Counted from the first letter of the stretch, positions 1 to 13,870 are shown. The stretch: 64,000 nt of DNA from Mobula hypostoma (GCF_963921235.1 NC_086108.1:24862001-24926000); one strand, 5' to 3'. A program made the numbers and translations. The notes: a model not told the origin generated them from the sequence alone.

Positions 1-254
1 TCCTTAGCCCATCAGGCAGATCGTTAATAAAGGTGGTAAAGACTGTAGAACCGCCTTTTAATGAGATTTTAAGAATGGAAATAGACATAACAAACATTAA
101 CATGGCCCTTTACAAACTGTTGCAGGAGTAATTATAATGGTCAATAAGGAAATAGCAGAAAAATCAAGCAAGCATTTTGTAGCAGTCACTTTGTCAAACA
201 GCATGGAAACAGGTCCTGGATGGCAGTGGTTTCAATCGCAGCTGCTTCTGCAGA

Positions 255-965
255 GTCAAACAAAGGTGTTATTGTCCTTTTCAAACTTTTTTTATGATTG
301 CAAGACCCTGGTGGACGTTAAGAACTTGAAGTACTGCAGGTCTACCCATCAGTGAGTTGCTGGTTGGCAGAGAAACTGAAGGAGATGGACTTGCTGTGGA
401 TAGTGCTGCTGCTTGCAACAGAGAGGCCTGTGTGCATAGCAGGTGTGCAGTCTAACAGCGAGTGATGGTCTTGTGTTCATATGACCCTGTTGGACATCAT
501 TAATATGGAACACCGCAAGTCCAATTCACTGATTTATTAGCGGTCAGTGGGGGATCTGCATGGCCTCAGTCATAGCGAGGACTATGCCCCAAGCTGCAGA
601 GTCACCTGTTTACAGCTGTCCAGGAGAGAGGCGTCAGAGTCAGTGCAGTCCAGCAGAGGCGGTGTGGCACGACATCCAGCTGGAGTTGATGCTGGCCTAG
701 TGTATGCTCAGTAGAAGACAAGCCGTATGGTGTTCGACTTCAGATTTCTTCCACATTCATGGATTCAGGGTCATGGACTATATTTTTTGTGTGACTGCAT
801 TTTACTGATTTCTTATGTGTACTTGCTGTCTTATGTGTGCTCAATGTGTCTGTGCTGTGTGAGACTGTTGGTACTGTGTTTTGCACCTTGACCCCAGATT
901 ACTGCTGTTTCATTTGGCTGTATTCATGGGTATTTATGTATGGTTAAATGACTATTAAACTTGAA
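255..965 (+). mobile_element. Decayed non-autonomous retroelement / LINE 3' region
   Basis: GC-richer body ending in a TG-rich 3' UTR and 'aaatgactattaaacttgaact' tail, resembling the other non-autonomous LINE-tailed elements in the window. Confidence 0.4.
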
Positions 966-2088
966 CTATGCCTATGTACTCCATACTGACAAAAACGCCT
1001 TTCCAGACTAATCCCACTTGCCAGTATTTGGCCCATAACTTTCTCAATCTTTCCTATTAATGTATCTGAACAATTGTCTTTTAAGTCACAGCAGAAAATA
1101 ACACAAAGTTTTAAGAATAAAAGCACATTAACAAGTTAGAAGTATGATTGGAGAAATGATTATAATTGAATAGTGGCAAATCAAAAAAAGCCTTATAAGT
1201 GGCATCCCAACTTTGAATTCAAAGAGAATTAAATATGCAGTATTCAACCCTGAGATTTGCCTCCCCACAGACACACCATGGAACTCATTCAAAGAAAAAC
1301 AGCAAACACCCAATGCATAAAAAAATTGCACAAATGGATAAAAAAAAACAAGTGAAAACACAGAATACAAGACATCAAACTGTAAAGTCATTGATACAGT
1401 CTAGGAATCTTCAGTTCAGTTCAGAGGTGATCATGGAATAAGCAGATGCACTAATTAACATTCTCCAAAATTCTATGCTTTCTGGAATGTTCTTCATATT
1501 TAATAAGGGAACAAAAATAACCATACAAGTTAAGCAATGAGGCAGCAAGAGAACAGAGCTACAGATCAATTGGCCTGATCTTGTTAAAGAGAATCAATTG
1601 TTAAAGAAATGAGAACAGAAGATAATGGACATTCAGGATGGACACACGGTCATGTTGGCCCAAACAAGGACCTTTTGAGTCTGTGATAAACGAGAAAGTG
1701 GGAATAAGTGGATGTGATGTCAGAACATCCTTCAAGAGTGAACCCTCACCTGGTTTCAGGCCCCAACAGTGTTCCTGACCATATGCCAAGCAACTAGCTA
1801 CAATCTCTCTTCAATTACTGCACTCTGACACTCTCACTTACTCCCATAGGTGGCCTTAGCTATGTTTCACCCGTTTCAACTGAAACGGGCCCCACCCTCC
1901 CAAGGGCCCCCGACTGACATGCAAAAATTTAATGCACGGCTCCCAGACGCCACAATATTCTGCTGCTATTGCCAGCCGAACCACCAGTGGGCACTCGCTG
2001 ACTGACATCTGAGAAAATACATTAAAATATTTACTTCACTTGTAAATATTGCTCCTAGCAAAGAAGGTTACTTTTCAATGAGAGGAAA

Positions 2089-4684
2089 ATGAAACGCTCC
2101 TATCCTAGTGGTGCTGAAAAATGGAAAATATTAGACAACAAAACAAAATGTCTAAATAGTCTCCCAAAAGATACATCTTTCTTTGGTCCAGCACCTGTAA
2201 AAGGCCCGCCGACTGCAGCTGCTGCTGCACTATCTTCACAGCATGGGGCTGCAGTGCCAAGTGACAGTGTAAGCGGTACAGGAGATGTTGATAATCAGAG
2301 CAATGAAAATGAGAAGAACAATTCTACTCAAACAGATGGTGATAATGATGACCAAACTTTGTTTGATGAACAAGCACCACAGCATGATGACAGTCCTACA
2401 ACTGAGACGGGTGAGGGAGATGCCGCCACCAGCACACTAGGCAGAGAGAAAGCCCCACTAACATTCACAGAGACCAATCCGGCACGTTGGCCAACACATA
2501 TTACCAGTGACCAATGGATCGACATTGTTAGGAGGGGTCCTGTTCAGTTAGAGGACATTAATTTTCCACAGAGCCAATCACACCATCGTTTCACCAAGGA
2601 CAGATATCTTATGAAGATGAATAATGGAGAAACCATTTGTAGGTCATGGTTAGTGTACTCAGAATCATCTGATTCAATCTTCTGTTTCCGCTGTACCCTA
2701 TTTGGCAAGCGAAATCACAGTCTCACTTGTGGAGGTTTCAGAGTGTGGGAGCTACTCACTCTCACACTCCAGGATCATGAGAAGTCAAATGCGCACCGTG
2801 CCGACATGGATAGCTGGTGTGAGCTGGAAACGCACTTAAGAACGCACAGTGCCATTGACAGCACGTACCAAGAAATTCAAATGCTGGAAAAAAAAACACT
2901 GGAATGATGTCATGAAGAGGTTTATTGCCATAGTCTGTCACCTTGCAGAATGAAACCTTGCTTTCCGTGGCCACAATTCCACCCTACATGAAAGAAATAA
3001 TGGGGACTTTCTAGGTCTGGTGGAGCTGTTTGCCGAGTTCAACCCAGTGATAAGCGAACATGTCAGACAAGCAGAGAATAAAGAGTTTGCTGACCACTAC
3101 ATGGGGAAAACCATACAAAATGAGTTAATCACACTTATTGGAGACAAGACACTGGAAGCAATAACAGAGAGAGTAAAACAATCACGTTACTATTCGGTGA
3201 TAATGGACTGCACCACTGACGCTGCACACATAGAGCAGCTCTCTGCGACACTGCGCATTGTCACATGCCAAGTAAATGTCGGAGTTACTGTTAGTGAGCA
3301 TTTTGTTGGTTTCCTACCAGTGCTTGACACAACAGGTGCAGGCCTAACCGACATTTTCTTAATGCATATGGAGAAGTTAGAATTAGATATCTCAAAATTC
3401 AGGGGGCTGGCATATGATAATGGGAGCAATATGCGGGGGAAAAGTAGCGGGGTGTGGAAGAGGGTGTTAGAGATTAACAAAAAAGCACTGTTCATGCCAT
3501 GCGCCAGCCACAGCCTAAACCTAGTCATTGTCGATGCTGCAAAATCAACAGTGGAGTCTGAGAGCTTCTTTGGGTGCTGCAACGTCTACACGCACTATTC
3601 AGTTCATCGACACAGAGATGGGAGCTTTTCACTGGAGAACGTGCCACAGATGACCCTCAAGGCCATACCCAACAGGCGATGAGAGTGCCGCATGGAAGGT
3701 GTGAAAGTCCTGTGCTACCAGATTCCCGATGTTGGCAATGCACTCCTGTCACTAATTGAACATGCCACACAGAAAGGTGACAGTGAAACAACATCTGCAG
3801 CCAGAGGCCTAGAACAGGAGATCATGTCATGGAAATTCCTGCTGACTGTTATCATCTGGTACAATGTTTTACATGAGGTGAATCATGTCAGCAAACTGCT
3901 CCAGAGCCCACAAGTGGGAATCGATGTGCTACAGCGCGAGGTGGAATACGTTCTGAAATTTCTCAAGGAATACAGAGAGAATGGCCTTTCAACCGCCCAA
4001 ACAGATGCCAGAGACATAGCTGAAGAGATAAGGATGCCAGTAATCTTTCCTACTGCACGAATCAGAAAACCAAAACTCCAGTTCCAGTACGAGAACCAAA
4101 GTGCAGATCCTTCCCTGACAGTGGTACCCAAGGAATGGTACAAGAAAGAAGTTTTCCTTCCACTAGTGGACTCTGCCATCACAGGCATTAATGAGCGCTT
4201 CAAGCTGATGGAGTCATTTTACAGTCTGTTTGGCTTCATTTATGGAAGAGAGGAAATTAAAAAAGCCACCCAAAGTCGCACACTGAAAGACAGCTGCGTA
4301 AACATGGAGAGGACACTTGGTGATGTGGATGCTGAGGACCTTTAGCACGAGGTGTCGGCTGCTGTCAGTGCCTTGCCTGCAAAAGAAACCGCTGGCCTGC
4401 AGATTCTGAGCTACATTTACAGAAATAATCTGGTTGAACTGTATCCTAACCTCATTATTGCTCTAAGACTCATGCTGACAGAGTCTGTGATTGTAGCGAG
4501 TGGAGAGAGAAGTTTTTCAAGGCTAAAGCTCATCAAAACGCATCTGAGGACAACCATGCTCCAGGAGCGTCTGTCAGCTCTTGCTCAGATATCAATTGAG
4601 CATGAAATAACAAGGTTGCTGGACAAAGTTGAGCTCATTAAAGCATTCTCATCACTCAAGCACAGGAGGGTGGTGAAGTTCTAG
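2089..4684 (+). pseudogene. Disrupted hAT transposase (ZMYM1-like: TTF zinc finger, DUF4371, hAT C-terminal dimerisation)
   Basis: ORF pieces 2089-2907, 3020-3682, 3574-3759, 3692-4345 and 4352-4684 carry RSWLVYS..IFCFRC, YYSVIMDCTTD, YDNGSNM, CASHSLNL, and ASGERSFSRLKLIKTHLRTTMLQERLS. About three frameshifts (~2890, ~3572, ~3625) and three in-frame stops (~2951, 3680, 4343). Confidence 0.92.
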
Positions 4685-4870
4685 TGGTAAGTTTTTTAAC
4701 ACATTTTTGGCAGAAATAAAGTTTATAATTAAAATAATAAAATAAATCATGTATTTCACTCAAAATGTGTACAGGCGATTAGGCGGCGTTTCCACAAATC
4801 ATAATTTCTCTCTCCCCCTTGCATCCCCTCTCTCTCTCACTCTCCACCTGTTCACTCTCCAGGCCTTACC

Positions 4871-4891
4871 TGAGCTGTCCGTGGTGCTGAA
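4871..4891 (-). promoter_or_regulatory. RE1/NRSE (REST binding) motif
   Basis: Minus strand reads TTCAGCACCACGGACAGCTCA, an exact match to the RE1 core TTCAGCACCnnGGACAG with the canonical 2-nt spacer. Function not shown. Confidence 0.7.
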
Positions 4892-7349
4892 AGAGTGCGA
4901 GACACAGTTTGTTGTAAACTTCCAGTAGTTAACTTTCAGACACTGTCCATTGAATAAATAAAGTGTGAATTTTCATTAAATATGACATTGCTTTTGTTAT
5001 TAGTTTAATTAGAGGGAAATTGTTTAAGCTGTTCTTATGTCAGCTGATACCTAACACATAGTGCCATTCAATGCAGACTAGTTGCTGAAAAGGGAGAGGC
5101 TTCTCACTCCAAAGCAAAAAATGTCATTGTTTCAGTTTTTAACTAAGAGAATTGTTTGGATTATGTTGAGCTGTCTGTCCATTATGCTAAAAGTGCATAT
5201 AATGCATCAAAGTTTAAGTCCGAAATTATACCATTATTGACGCAAACCAACTTGAATATTTGCTTTTTTCTTTCTTTTTTTTGGGAAGCGGGAATAGGGC
5301 CACACATTAACCCTTGAAACGGGCCCCCAGATGCTTAAGGCTGCCTATGCTTACTCCAAAAGGGCATCAATCATACTGGTACCCAAGAAGGGTAAGGTAA
5401 GCTGACTTAAAGACTGTCACCCAGCAGCTTACCGTAATGCAGTACTTCACAAGTTTGGTTATCACTAGAGTTAACTCCTACCTGAGCAAGGACCTGGATC
5501 TGTGCAGTTCCCCTACCACCACAATTGGTCCACAGCAGATACAATCTCGCTGACACTCTACTCTACTTCGGAGCACAAAATATACCACTAAAAATACTGC
5601 TTGATCAATTACATGTCAGTTTTCAACATCATCATACCCTCAGTACTAGTCAACATGCTTTAAAACCTGAGCTTCTCTACCTCCCTCTGCAACTGTATCC
5701 TTGACTTCCTCACCGGGAGACCACAGTCTATGTGGATCTGTAATGACATCCCCTCCTTGCTGACATTCAACACAAGCATAGCCTATTTAGCTCTTTCTAC
5801 ACTCATGACTGTGTTACCAAGTGACGCTCCAATACCATCTGTAAATTCACCAATAAGACCACTAGTGTTGGCCACATCTCAGAAAGCAACGAGGTGATGT
5901 ACAGAAGACAGTCGAGTGGTGTTGCAACAACAATCAACAACAGCCAGATAGGTTATGGAATTTAGGAAGGGGAAGTTGAGAGAACAAATATCATTCATTA
6001 TTGAGGTATCAGCAAATTTGTGTTACTGGGCATCAGCATCTTGGAGGATCTTTTCTGAACCCGACATGCTGGTGCAATCTCAAAGACAAAATGACAGTAG
6101 ATCTAATGGCATGTTTCAGGAGATTTGGTCTGCACCAAAGACTATTTCAAATTTTGATAGATGTACTAAAGAGAGTATTTTGAATGGTTACATCACAGTC
6201 TAGTATGGAGCCTCCAATGCACAGGATCAGAAGAGATTGCAGAAGATTATAGACTTAGCCAAGACACAACCCTCCTTGAGATAAATGACATCTTCAAAGG
6301 ATGTTGCCTCACAAAGGCTCTCACCATCTGAGACATGCTTTTGTCATGTCACCATCATCAGCGGGAGAGGGTCAGAAGTCCAAGGACCCAAACTCAATGT
6401 TTCAAGAGCGGCTTCTTCTCCTCTACCATCAGATTTCTGAACAATCCATGAGCACAACCTTATTAAACTTTTATTTTTGTAATTTATAGTAATTTTATGT
6501 CTTGGTATGGTACTACTACCGCAAAGCAACAAATTTCACTTAATTGAAGTCAGTAATAATCAAATTTTGATTCTGATTCCCTACTTAAGGATTTACGTTT
6601 AATAGAGCGAGCATTGCAAATATGCACCAAATTGGTTATTAAGCTAGGAAAGATTGTCCTCTGTAAAGAGATTAAGCAAAAATAAACTTGGGCCTTTCAC
6701 AGACTGAGTGAATACAGGGATGATATTTCCTCTCATAGATTAGGTCTCGTTATAGGAAACAAGTCCTAATATTTCTCCCTCTCTTACAAAACAGTGAACA
6801 TGATATACTATCATTACAACTAAATTAACATAAAACCCAGTTAGTGAGTTTTCTAATTCTGATTCTTTACTCATTACCAAATGTTTCTTCATCATTTCTA
6901 CGTAGAACCTAACTCTAAAAATCTCACCAAAAAATTTTGAAAATCTTCATCTTTCCAAATATAGTCAGCTTATCACAACCTGAATGAAATTTAAAATCCT
7001 CAAGTCTAACTGTTCCATACTTTCTTCCTGCAGTCTTTTTGTAACCATGCTACCAAATACAATCCTGATAAGAGCCTTAAATCATTTTCTTTCTCAATTC
7101 AATCTGCAAGATATTCTCTGCTTTGTAGCCTCTCATATTCAAAATGATTTAGTTGTTAATCAGGAAGGAAACTCCTCTTCTTCTTTATCCCATCTTTTCC
7201 CTGATCTTTGAATCATAGTACATCTAGTTTCCAATTAGTAATGGTTAGCACGTCACACTCCTAAATTAACATGTGCTTGTAATTCATTCAATTTGTCCTC
7301 CTCAGTCTGTGTAAAGAGTGATTACCAGGGTCAAACTACTCTGTTCCTT

Positions 7350-7487
7350 CACAAACGACAGAAATTCTGCAGATGCTGGAAATCAAAGTAATACACACAA
7401 AATGCTGAAGGAATTCAGCAGGCCAGGCAGCATCTATGGAAAAGAGTAAATGGTCGATGTCTCGGGCTGAGAACCTTCATCAGGACT
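7350..7487 (-). mobile_element. Penelope-like element terminal fragment
   Basis: ttctgcagatgctggaaatc...gaattcagcaggccaggcagcatctatggaaaagag...cttcatcaggact, the same family as 15690-16165. Confidence 0.75.
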
Positions 7488-8359
7488 ATTTTGTTCTTTG
7501 ATATTTATACATATTTCTTCACTGCCACACCCAATTTAAGTTTGCTATTAACTGTAAAGCTTAAAATATATTTATACTATTGTTCTGTGCATCTATTGTC
7601 ATATGTTTTGCAGCATTTGATATTTTCTAACACTGCAAAGCCTATCATTTGAAGGGCTTGGCAGTAATAGAAAATATTAAATGCTTCAAACTTTGAAATT
7701 TTATTATTTATTGACATTTATTCATTTTGAAGCTCGCACAGGTGGATTTACCATTTCTGTATGAATGCTGGTTCTTGTCTCAATGGTACAATGACTCTTA
7801 TTCCAGGGGCAGCATTCCATGAAATGAAGCTCTGATTTCCCAAATTAGGCCTTCCACTAAATATTCCATAATCTTGAAACCTGTATACAAATATGCTTAC
7901 TGGGTGCCCTTACTTGCTCACTAGTACACACTAAACAGAGTCTGTTCCTTCTTCTTATATGCTGTGGATTCCAACATGGACCACATCAAGGATCCTCCCT
8001 TCCCTCACCAAATTCCTGATGAGATGTTCCTCATCAGGAATAATGTAACCCAGAAACTGATCTATATAAAGCACTGAAAATGACTGTTGTGCAGTCTTCC
8101 AATGACTGTCTTGTTGACCGCAACATAATTGAAAAGTACTAGAGACCCAGTCCATTAGTGGCTGCTGGAAGGCTTTATGCACTTACCTTTGCACATTGTG
8201 CCATTGCAAATTAAGTGAAGGTAAACAGCTGTGAGAACACGACTATGCCTTGTTAGAACCAGTAGTCAAGATTCCCAGGTTTGTACAAAGTCTGGAGTGT
8301 GAAGGATGTTTCAAGGCTTAAAGCATGATTTATTACCTCACCTCCAGTGCATCCACCAA

Positions 8360-8750
8360 GATGACCACAACCTTGTCATGGTTTCGAAGCTTGCAAGCTT
8401 CAATAACCTGGAAAACTATGTTGGGTGGAGTCAGAGCTCTATGTTTTGACCCGTGCCAAATAGGTCAAAGGATAGAGGCCTGACTAAGAGTGGTCCACCA
8501 GTCCTCCAGGTTCAGGCACTCAGCTCAGGACTAACAACCCTGACTGGCACAACAAAATTGTCATGGAAACAGCAATGAGGAAGCCTTTTACAGTCGAGTA
8601 CGACAGTATTCCTAAGCTCCAACTGGGTCTTGCGTGACTGACGGTCGTGAAAACTGAGAGGAAGCTACTGACATGAGGAAGGAAGTCCTGACCACCGCCC
8701 AAGATAGAGGACCTTCATTGCTGCCCTACAGGCCAGTGAAGTAATGGGCA
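8360..8750 (+). mobile_element. RTE-related non-autonomous element
   Basis: Motifs 'tggtccaccagtcctccaggtt...ctaacaaccctgac' and a 3' 'ttcattgctgccctaca' resemble the 5' and 3' ends of RTE-clade elements. Confidence 0.45.
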
Positions 8751-10369
8751 ATAAGGAAGTAGTGCATACTACAACTTGCAGCTGTTATTCTACAATGTTT
8801 ATTTTCAAGAGGACATACTTGGAGTAGAGTGATGATGAGTGTGATAAGTGATATTAATGAGAGTTTGGTATTGTTGGCCAATAGCATACATTTACAATGG
8901 CAGAAACAGTTTCTCTGTGCAAATATGGAAAAGAACATGCTGGCTTCCAGGGACATTCCCAGGTTGTTTACCTAACACTGAGTCCTGCTCAGGAAAGATC
9001 TGTTTAAATTATATTTCTGCTTTTTTGGACAGAGACAACAAAAATGCCATTATTCTTTGAGCACCTGTTGCAAAATGCTTTCATCCACGTAAATGGGATT
9101 CACAACCTTACTTGCTCATCAGAATTTCATAGTGTAGTAATTCAATCTGGAAACCATGGATTGAATTTCATTATATTGTAAATTAAGAGCAGCACCATGT
9201 GACTGGATTTCTAAGCCTAAATAATTTAAGATATTGTGGAGTTCATGATACTGCTTAAAAAATTCCATATGCATCACCAATTACTGAGTTTCCAGCAACT
9301 TTTCAGCATTACTTTTCAGCTCTTCTCAACCACCATCTAAAGCACACAAGAATTCTTGCTGTATTTCACACAGTCCTTATCCAGAACATCACAGGCAACA
9401 AGGAATCAGTTTCTAACTCTGCCCTTCCACATTTCATTTACTGTGTTTGGCAGCATGGTCACATCAATCCTTTCTGATTCTGCACTTCCAAAAGGTGACC
9501 TTAGACTGAGAACAACAGCCCAGTTAAATTCTTGCTCTGTATCAGGTCAACATTTCTCCAGTCCAACTCTGGCATTATTCATTCTCACACAGACCATTTC
9601 AGAGTAAAACCCTCAAGAACAAAAATGCAATTTTGGAGAGGCCCATTGTTCAAAAACTCCCATATAGTGCAATCTTAACATACAAGTTGCTCTACCAAAT
9701 CTACTATTTTTAGTCTTCTTCCAAGCATTTTCACATATTCCAGCTACTAAATTATTGGATGTAATATTAAGGTATGTACTACTGTAATGAGTTTAACTAC
9801 TAAAATACTGGATACTAATATTCAACACTTACTGCTTTAAGATCATACAAACCACTACAAGTATCAGAAGCAGACAACAATTCATCACTCTTAATACCAA
9901 TCAAATTCTCAACTACATGACCCGATTCTGCTGCTCTCTATTCACCATCATTGTCTATCAGCAGAAATTACTTTGTACTCTTGGTAAGTCAGTCAGAAGT
10001 AATATGATGACTCAACTCTCAGCTCACTGTAATTACTTCCTTTTAGATAGATGCTTGGACCTGATTTACTATTAACTGTCAAAGCAGACAGCTTCTGAAA
10101 ACTGTTGACTCCTGTGTAAGCCTTTTACTTTGTTTGATACATGGAGTGAAAATCTGGGAACTAAGTATCAGATATCTACTTTATACCAGAAATTTCAATT
10201 TTTACAGCAATGACTGCTCATGGTTTCAGTAGTCATCTGATCACACAAAAAGGGGAGGCGGTAGAGGAAGGTGAAAAGGGACAGAGAGGGAGGGAGAAGT
10301 GTATGATTGTTCTGCTCTGGACTTACTTCACTACATCAACTAATTGAGATAAATTGAGATCCACAGTCT

Positions 10370-12120
10370 GCTGAGAGCCAAATCCGAGGAATTCAAGTTT
10401 GGTGTCCAAATAGGTTACAAGAGGTCTAGGTACGATATTGGAAAGCGATTTCACGGGCAAAGTGGCAATTCTAATCTAAAATTGAATCAAGGAAGGATAC
10501 TCAACAGTTGTGGCAAAGCTGTCATCTCATAAAGAAAAAAACCAAGCGACATAGGTGGACTTCGCTTCCAGATGAGCTCAATGCTCTGTATGCTCGCTTT
10601 GACCATCAAAACAAGGAGGAACTATCACGAGCTCCCACAGCCCACAGTGATCTTGTGATTTTGGTCGGAGGCCGACATGCGAACAGCCTTGAGGAGGGTG
10701 AACCCACAAAAAGCATCTGGACCAGATGGGGTAGCTGGCCGAGTACTAAAGATCTGTACTGATCAAGTAGCTGGAGTGTTCACCGAGATCTTTAACCTCT
10801 CACTTCAGCAGTCTGAGGTATCCACCTGCTTCAATCGGACTTCACTCATACTGCTGCCAAAGAAGAATGTGGTAATCTGTCTCAATGACTATTGTCCAGT
10901 GACACATCTATCCACAGTGATGATGTGTTTTGACAGGTTGGTGATGAAACATATCAATTCCTGCCTGAGAAAAGACTTGGAATTTTCTCTAATTTCCCTA
11001 CTGGTGCAACAAGTCCATATCAGGTGCCCTCGTATTGGCTCTTCACTCAACCCTGGAACACCTGGACAGCAAAGGTGTTATACACCCGGATGCTCTTTAT
11101 CGATTACAACTTGGCATTCAATACCATCATCCCCTCAACACTAAACAATAAGCTTCAAGATCTTGACCTCAGTACCTCCTTGTGCAATTGGATCCTTGAT
11201 TTCCTCACTTGCAGAACCCAGTCAGTTTGTACTGGCAACAACATCTCCTGTACAATCTCCATCTGCACAGGGCATCACAAGGCAGTGTTTAGCAACCTGC
11301 TCTATTCACTTTATACTTACAACTGTGTGGCTAAGCACAGCTCCAATGCCACATTGAAGTTTGTTGATAAGACCACTGTTGTAGGCTAAATCAAAGGTGA
11401 CAACAAATCAACCTATATGCGAGAGATTGAAAATCTGGCTGAGGGTGCCATAACAACCTTATTCAATGTCAGCAAGACTAAGGAGCTGATTATTTACTTC
11501 AGGAGGAAGAAACCAGAGGTCTATGACCCAGTCCTCAGATGTTCAGAGATGGCAAGGGTCAACAATTTTAAACTCCTCTGTGTTACCATTTCAGACCCAA
11601 CCTGAATACAATTATGAAGAAAGCATGGCAGTGCCTCTACTTCCATAGGAGTTTGTAAAGAATTGGAATGACATCTAAAATTTTTGCAGATTACTCCAGA
11701 TCTGTAGTGGACAGTATATTGACTAGTTGCATCACAGCCTGATATGAAAACACCCGAACCCTTGAATGGAAGATCATACAAAAAGTAGTGAATACAGCCC
11801 AGTCCATCACAGACAAAATCTTCCCCATCATTGAGCATATCTACACAAGGTGTTGGAGCATCCACCATGAAGGCCCCACCACCCAGGCCATGCTCTCTTC
11901 TTGCTGCTGCCTTCAAGAAAAAGGTGCAGGAGCCACACGACCCGCACCGCCAGGTTCAGGAACAGTTATTACCCATTAACTATCAGGCTCTTGATATCTT
12001 CACTCAACTTCACTTGCCTCATGATTGAAATGTTTCCACAACCAATGGATTCACTTTCAAGAACTCATCATCTCATGTTATCGGTATTTATTGTTTATTT
12101 ATTTATTTATTATTATTATT
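10370..12120 (+). mobile_element. 5'-truncated Rex/Babar-like LINE (RT pseudogene)
   Basis: Frameshifted peptides [60 protein letters not shown] and RTARFRNSYYP; AT-rich tail. Confidence 0.88.
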
Positions 12121-13139
12121 TCTTAACAACTGGTTTGGGTAGTTAAGTTTACAATTAATTTCTCCCCCCACCAATCTTGCCAGATTCTAGGCTGCACCAG
12201 TTAATTGTTGCAATCCACATAATACCTATGAATCCCCAACTTTGTGCACTTGTGTCTCAATGAGTTTTTGCCTTCTTTATTTTTGTCTCTGCAAAAGCAG
12301 ATTACATTGAAAAAAAAGTTATTACAAATAGATTAATTCTGAAGTGGCAATGCCCACTAAAGGAAAACTAGTTATGGATCATTCCGTGCTGAAATTGGGA
12401 AATATAACTTGTAAACTCAAATTGGAACTTCACATCTATCTCATATATGCAAATTAGTTCATTACATTTTATAACTAAAAATGAAGTGAAGACCTTGCAG
12501 ATTTTGACATGAGAATCAATAAAACTTGCACAGAGAAATTCTCACTTAAGAACCAATTATTCTGGAATATTCAATCTTGGCGTTATATATCATATTATAT
12601 TGCAGATAAACTTGCACTATGCAAGTGGGGTAAATATTTTTATTATATAAAATTGGTATGGACTAATGGAATAAGTGAATTATGTCACCTGTTGCACTGA
12701 ACCAGAGTCTGGAGGCAGATTTTTATCATTCCACTGTGAGCTGCTCTGGTGTTGATGAATGCCCATTACCCTTGCTTGTCCCTCCACCATAATCAGTCCA
12801 TCATTAATTTGCTGGATCATTGCCATTAATTAATTGCTCCACAGCCGATTCGATTGAAAAACTATGTCACAGGTGATCCTGTAATGACAATGTTTGGCCC
12901 ATATTATTCTCAGCCTGGGAGGCTGACAACAGGGCCATTTGAATTTAGATGACCCCAGCGGTCTCATAACTGCAATGTGCAATTTTTACTCATTTTTCAG
13001 TGTAGGGATCTTCTTCTTGCTTGCTTTGCTAGCAGTGTCCCCCTGAATGAATACTTGCTATATATATCCTATAAGGTAAAGTTCTAAATACAAAATTCTA
13101 TAGACATGTGGCACAAAGTATTCCGGACCATCTGTGAAA

Positions 13140-13870
13140 TTGTGCTCATGGAGGAAGAGGCACATAATGTAACCCTGTTCTCCAATAGAGTCACATCACA
13201 AAAAAGGAATCCACACCGAGACTTGGGGAATGCCCTCAGTTTCTTGGAGATGGTTAAGGAGGACCCATGAAATTGTTTTCATCATTATGGGCATGTGGGA
13301 AAACTCTCAGGGGTAGGCATTTGTCACCTTTCTTAAAGATCTTAGTTGCTATGGTTTCCTCCAGCAAGGCCTGGTGCTCCTATACATGTGCAATGGGATT
13401 GTAAGTTCCTATATCCCAAGCTTTAGAATTCCAGTCAGGATAACATCAGTTCCAGGGGATGTGCTTCTCAGTTGAAAGGTGGCCTTGTCAAATTCTTGCC
13501 CACCTGGGTGAGGGCAGAGGGGTGAATGGTTTAGCTGGATTTGATATTTTGCTATGGCACATAATTAAGGACATTTGTGTCAAGGGCTTAGTGATAGTTG
13601 GTTTCTTTGAAATGCTCCTTCTAATGGATTGGTCTTGCGAAGTCCTCATGTTGCCATTTGGCTAGGTAGTCCCTGGGTTGTCTGAGGTGCAGGTGGTCTG
13701 GAACATGCTCAAGAATCTGTATGCCATGGTTATCGATGGGTTACTGGATCTCCTGTGCTCTATCAAACCTCTTCCAATTTCTTGGTCATAGAGTTGTTTT
13801 GTTTTGTTATGTCTTTTCCTCAGGAGGCATGGTGGTTGCAGTTAATTAGCTCCTAGATTTCAGCATCTGC
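13140..13870 (-). mobile_element. Highly decayed RTE-like LINE fragment
   Basis: Minus strand retains ctttaagaaaggtgacaaa (FKKGDK) and ccaagtctcggtgtggattcc (PESQCGF-like). Confidence 0.4.

Larger units (their letters stand above)
1845..5349 (+). mobile_element. Full-length hAT DNA transposon (3505 bp)
   Basis: Imperfect TIRs cataggtggcctta (1845) and taaggctgcctatg (ending 5349). Exact 8-bp TSD cttactcc at 1837-1844 and 5350-5357. Subterminal motif tgaaacgggcccc at both ends. Internal transposase. Confidence 0.95.
1680..6580 (+). mobile_element. Decayed Rex/Babar-like LINE split by the hAT insertion (1680-1844 and 5358-6580)
   Basis: Sequence on both sides of the hAT parallels the copy at 10370-12120 (tccttcaagagtgaaccct..., gcatcaatcatactggtacccaagaag, ctccctctgcaactgtatccttgacttcctcacc). 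Ends in an 'aacaaatttcac...aataatcaaattttgattctgattc' tail. Confidence 0.75.

Noticed and set aside
2089..4684. Domesticated ZMYM1-like host gene
   Set aside because: Multiple frameshifts and stops, and it lies between TIRs with a TSD.
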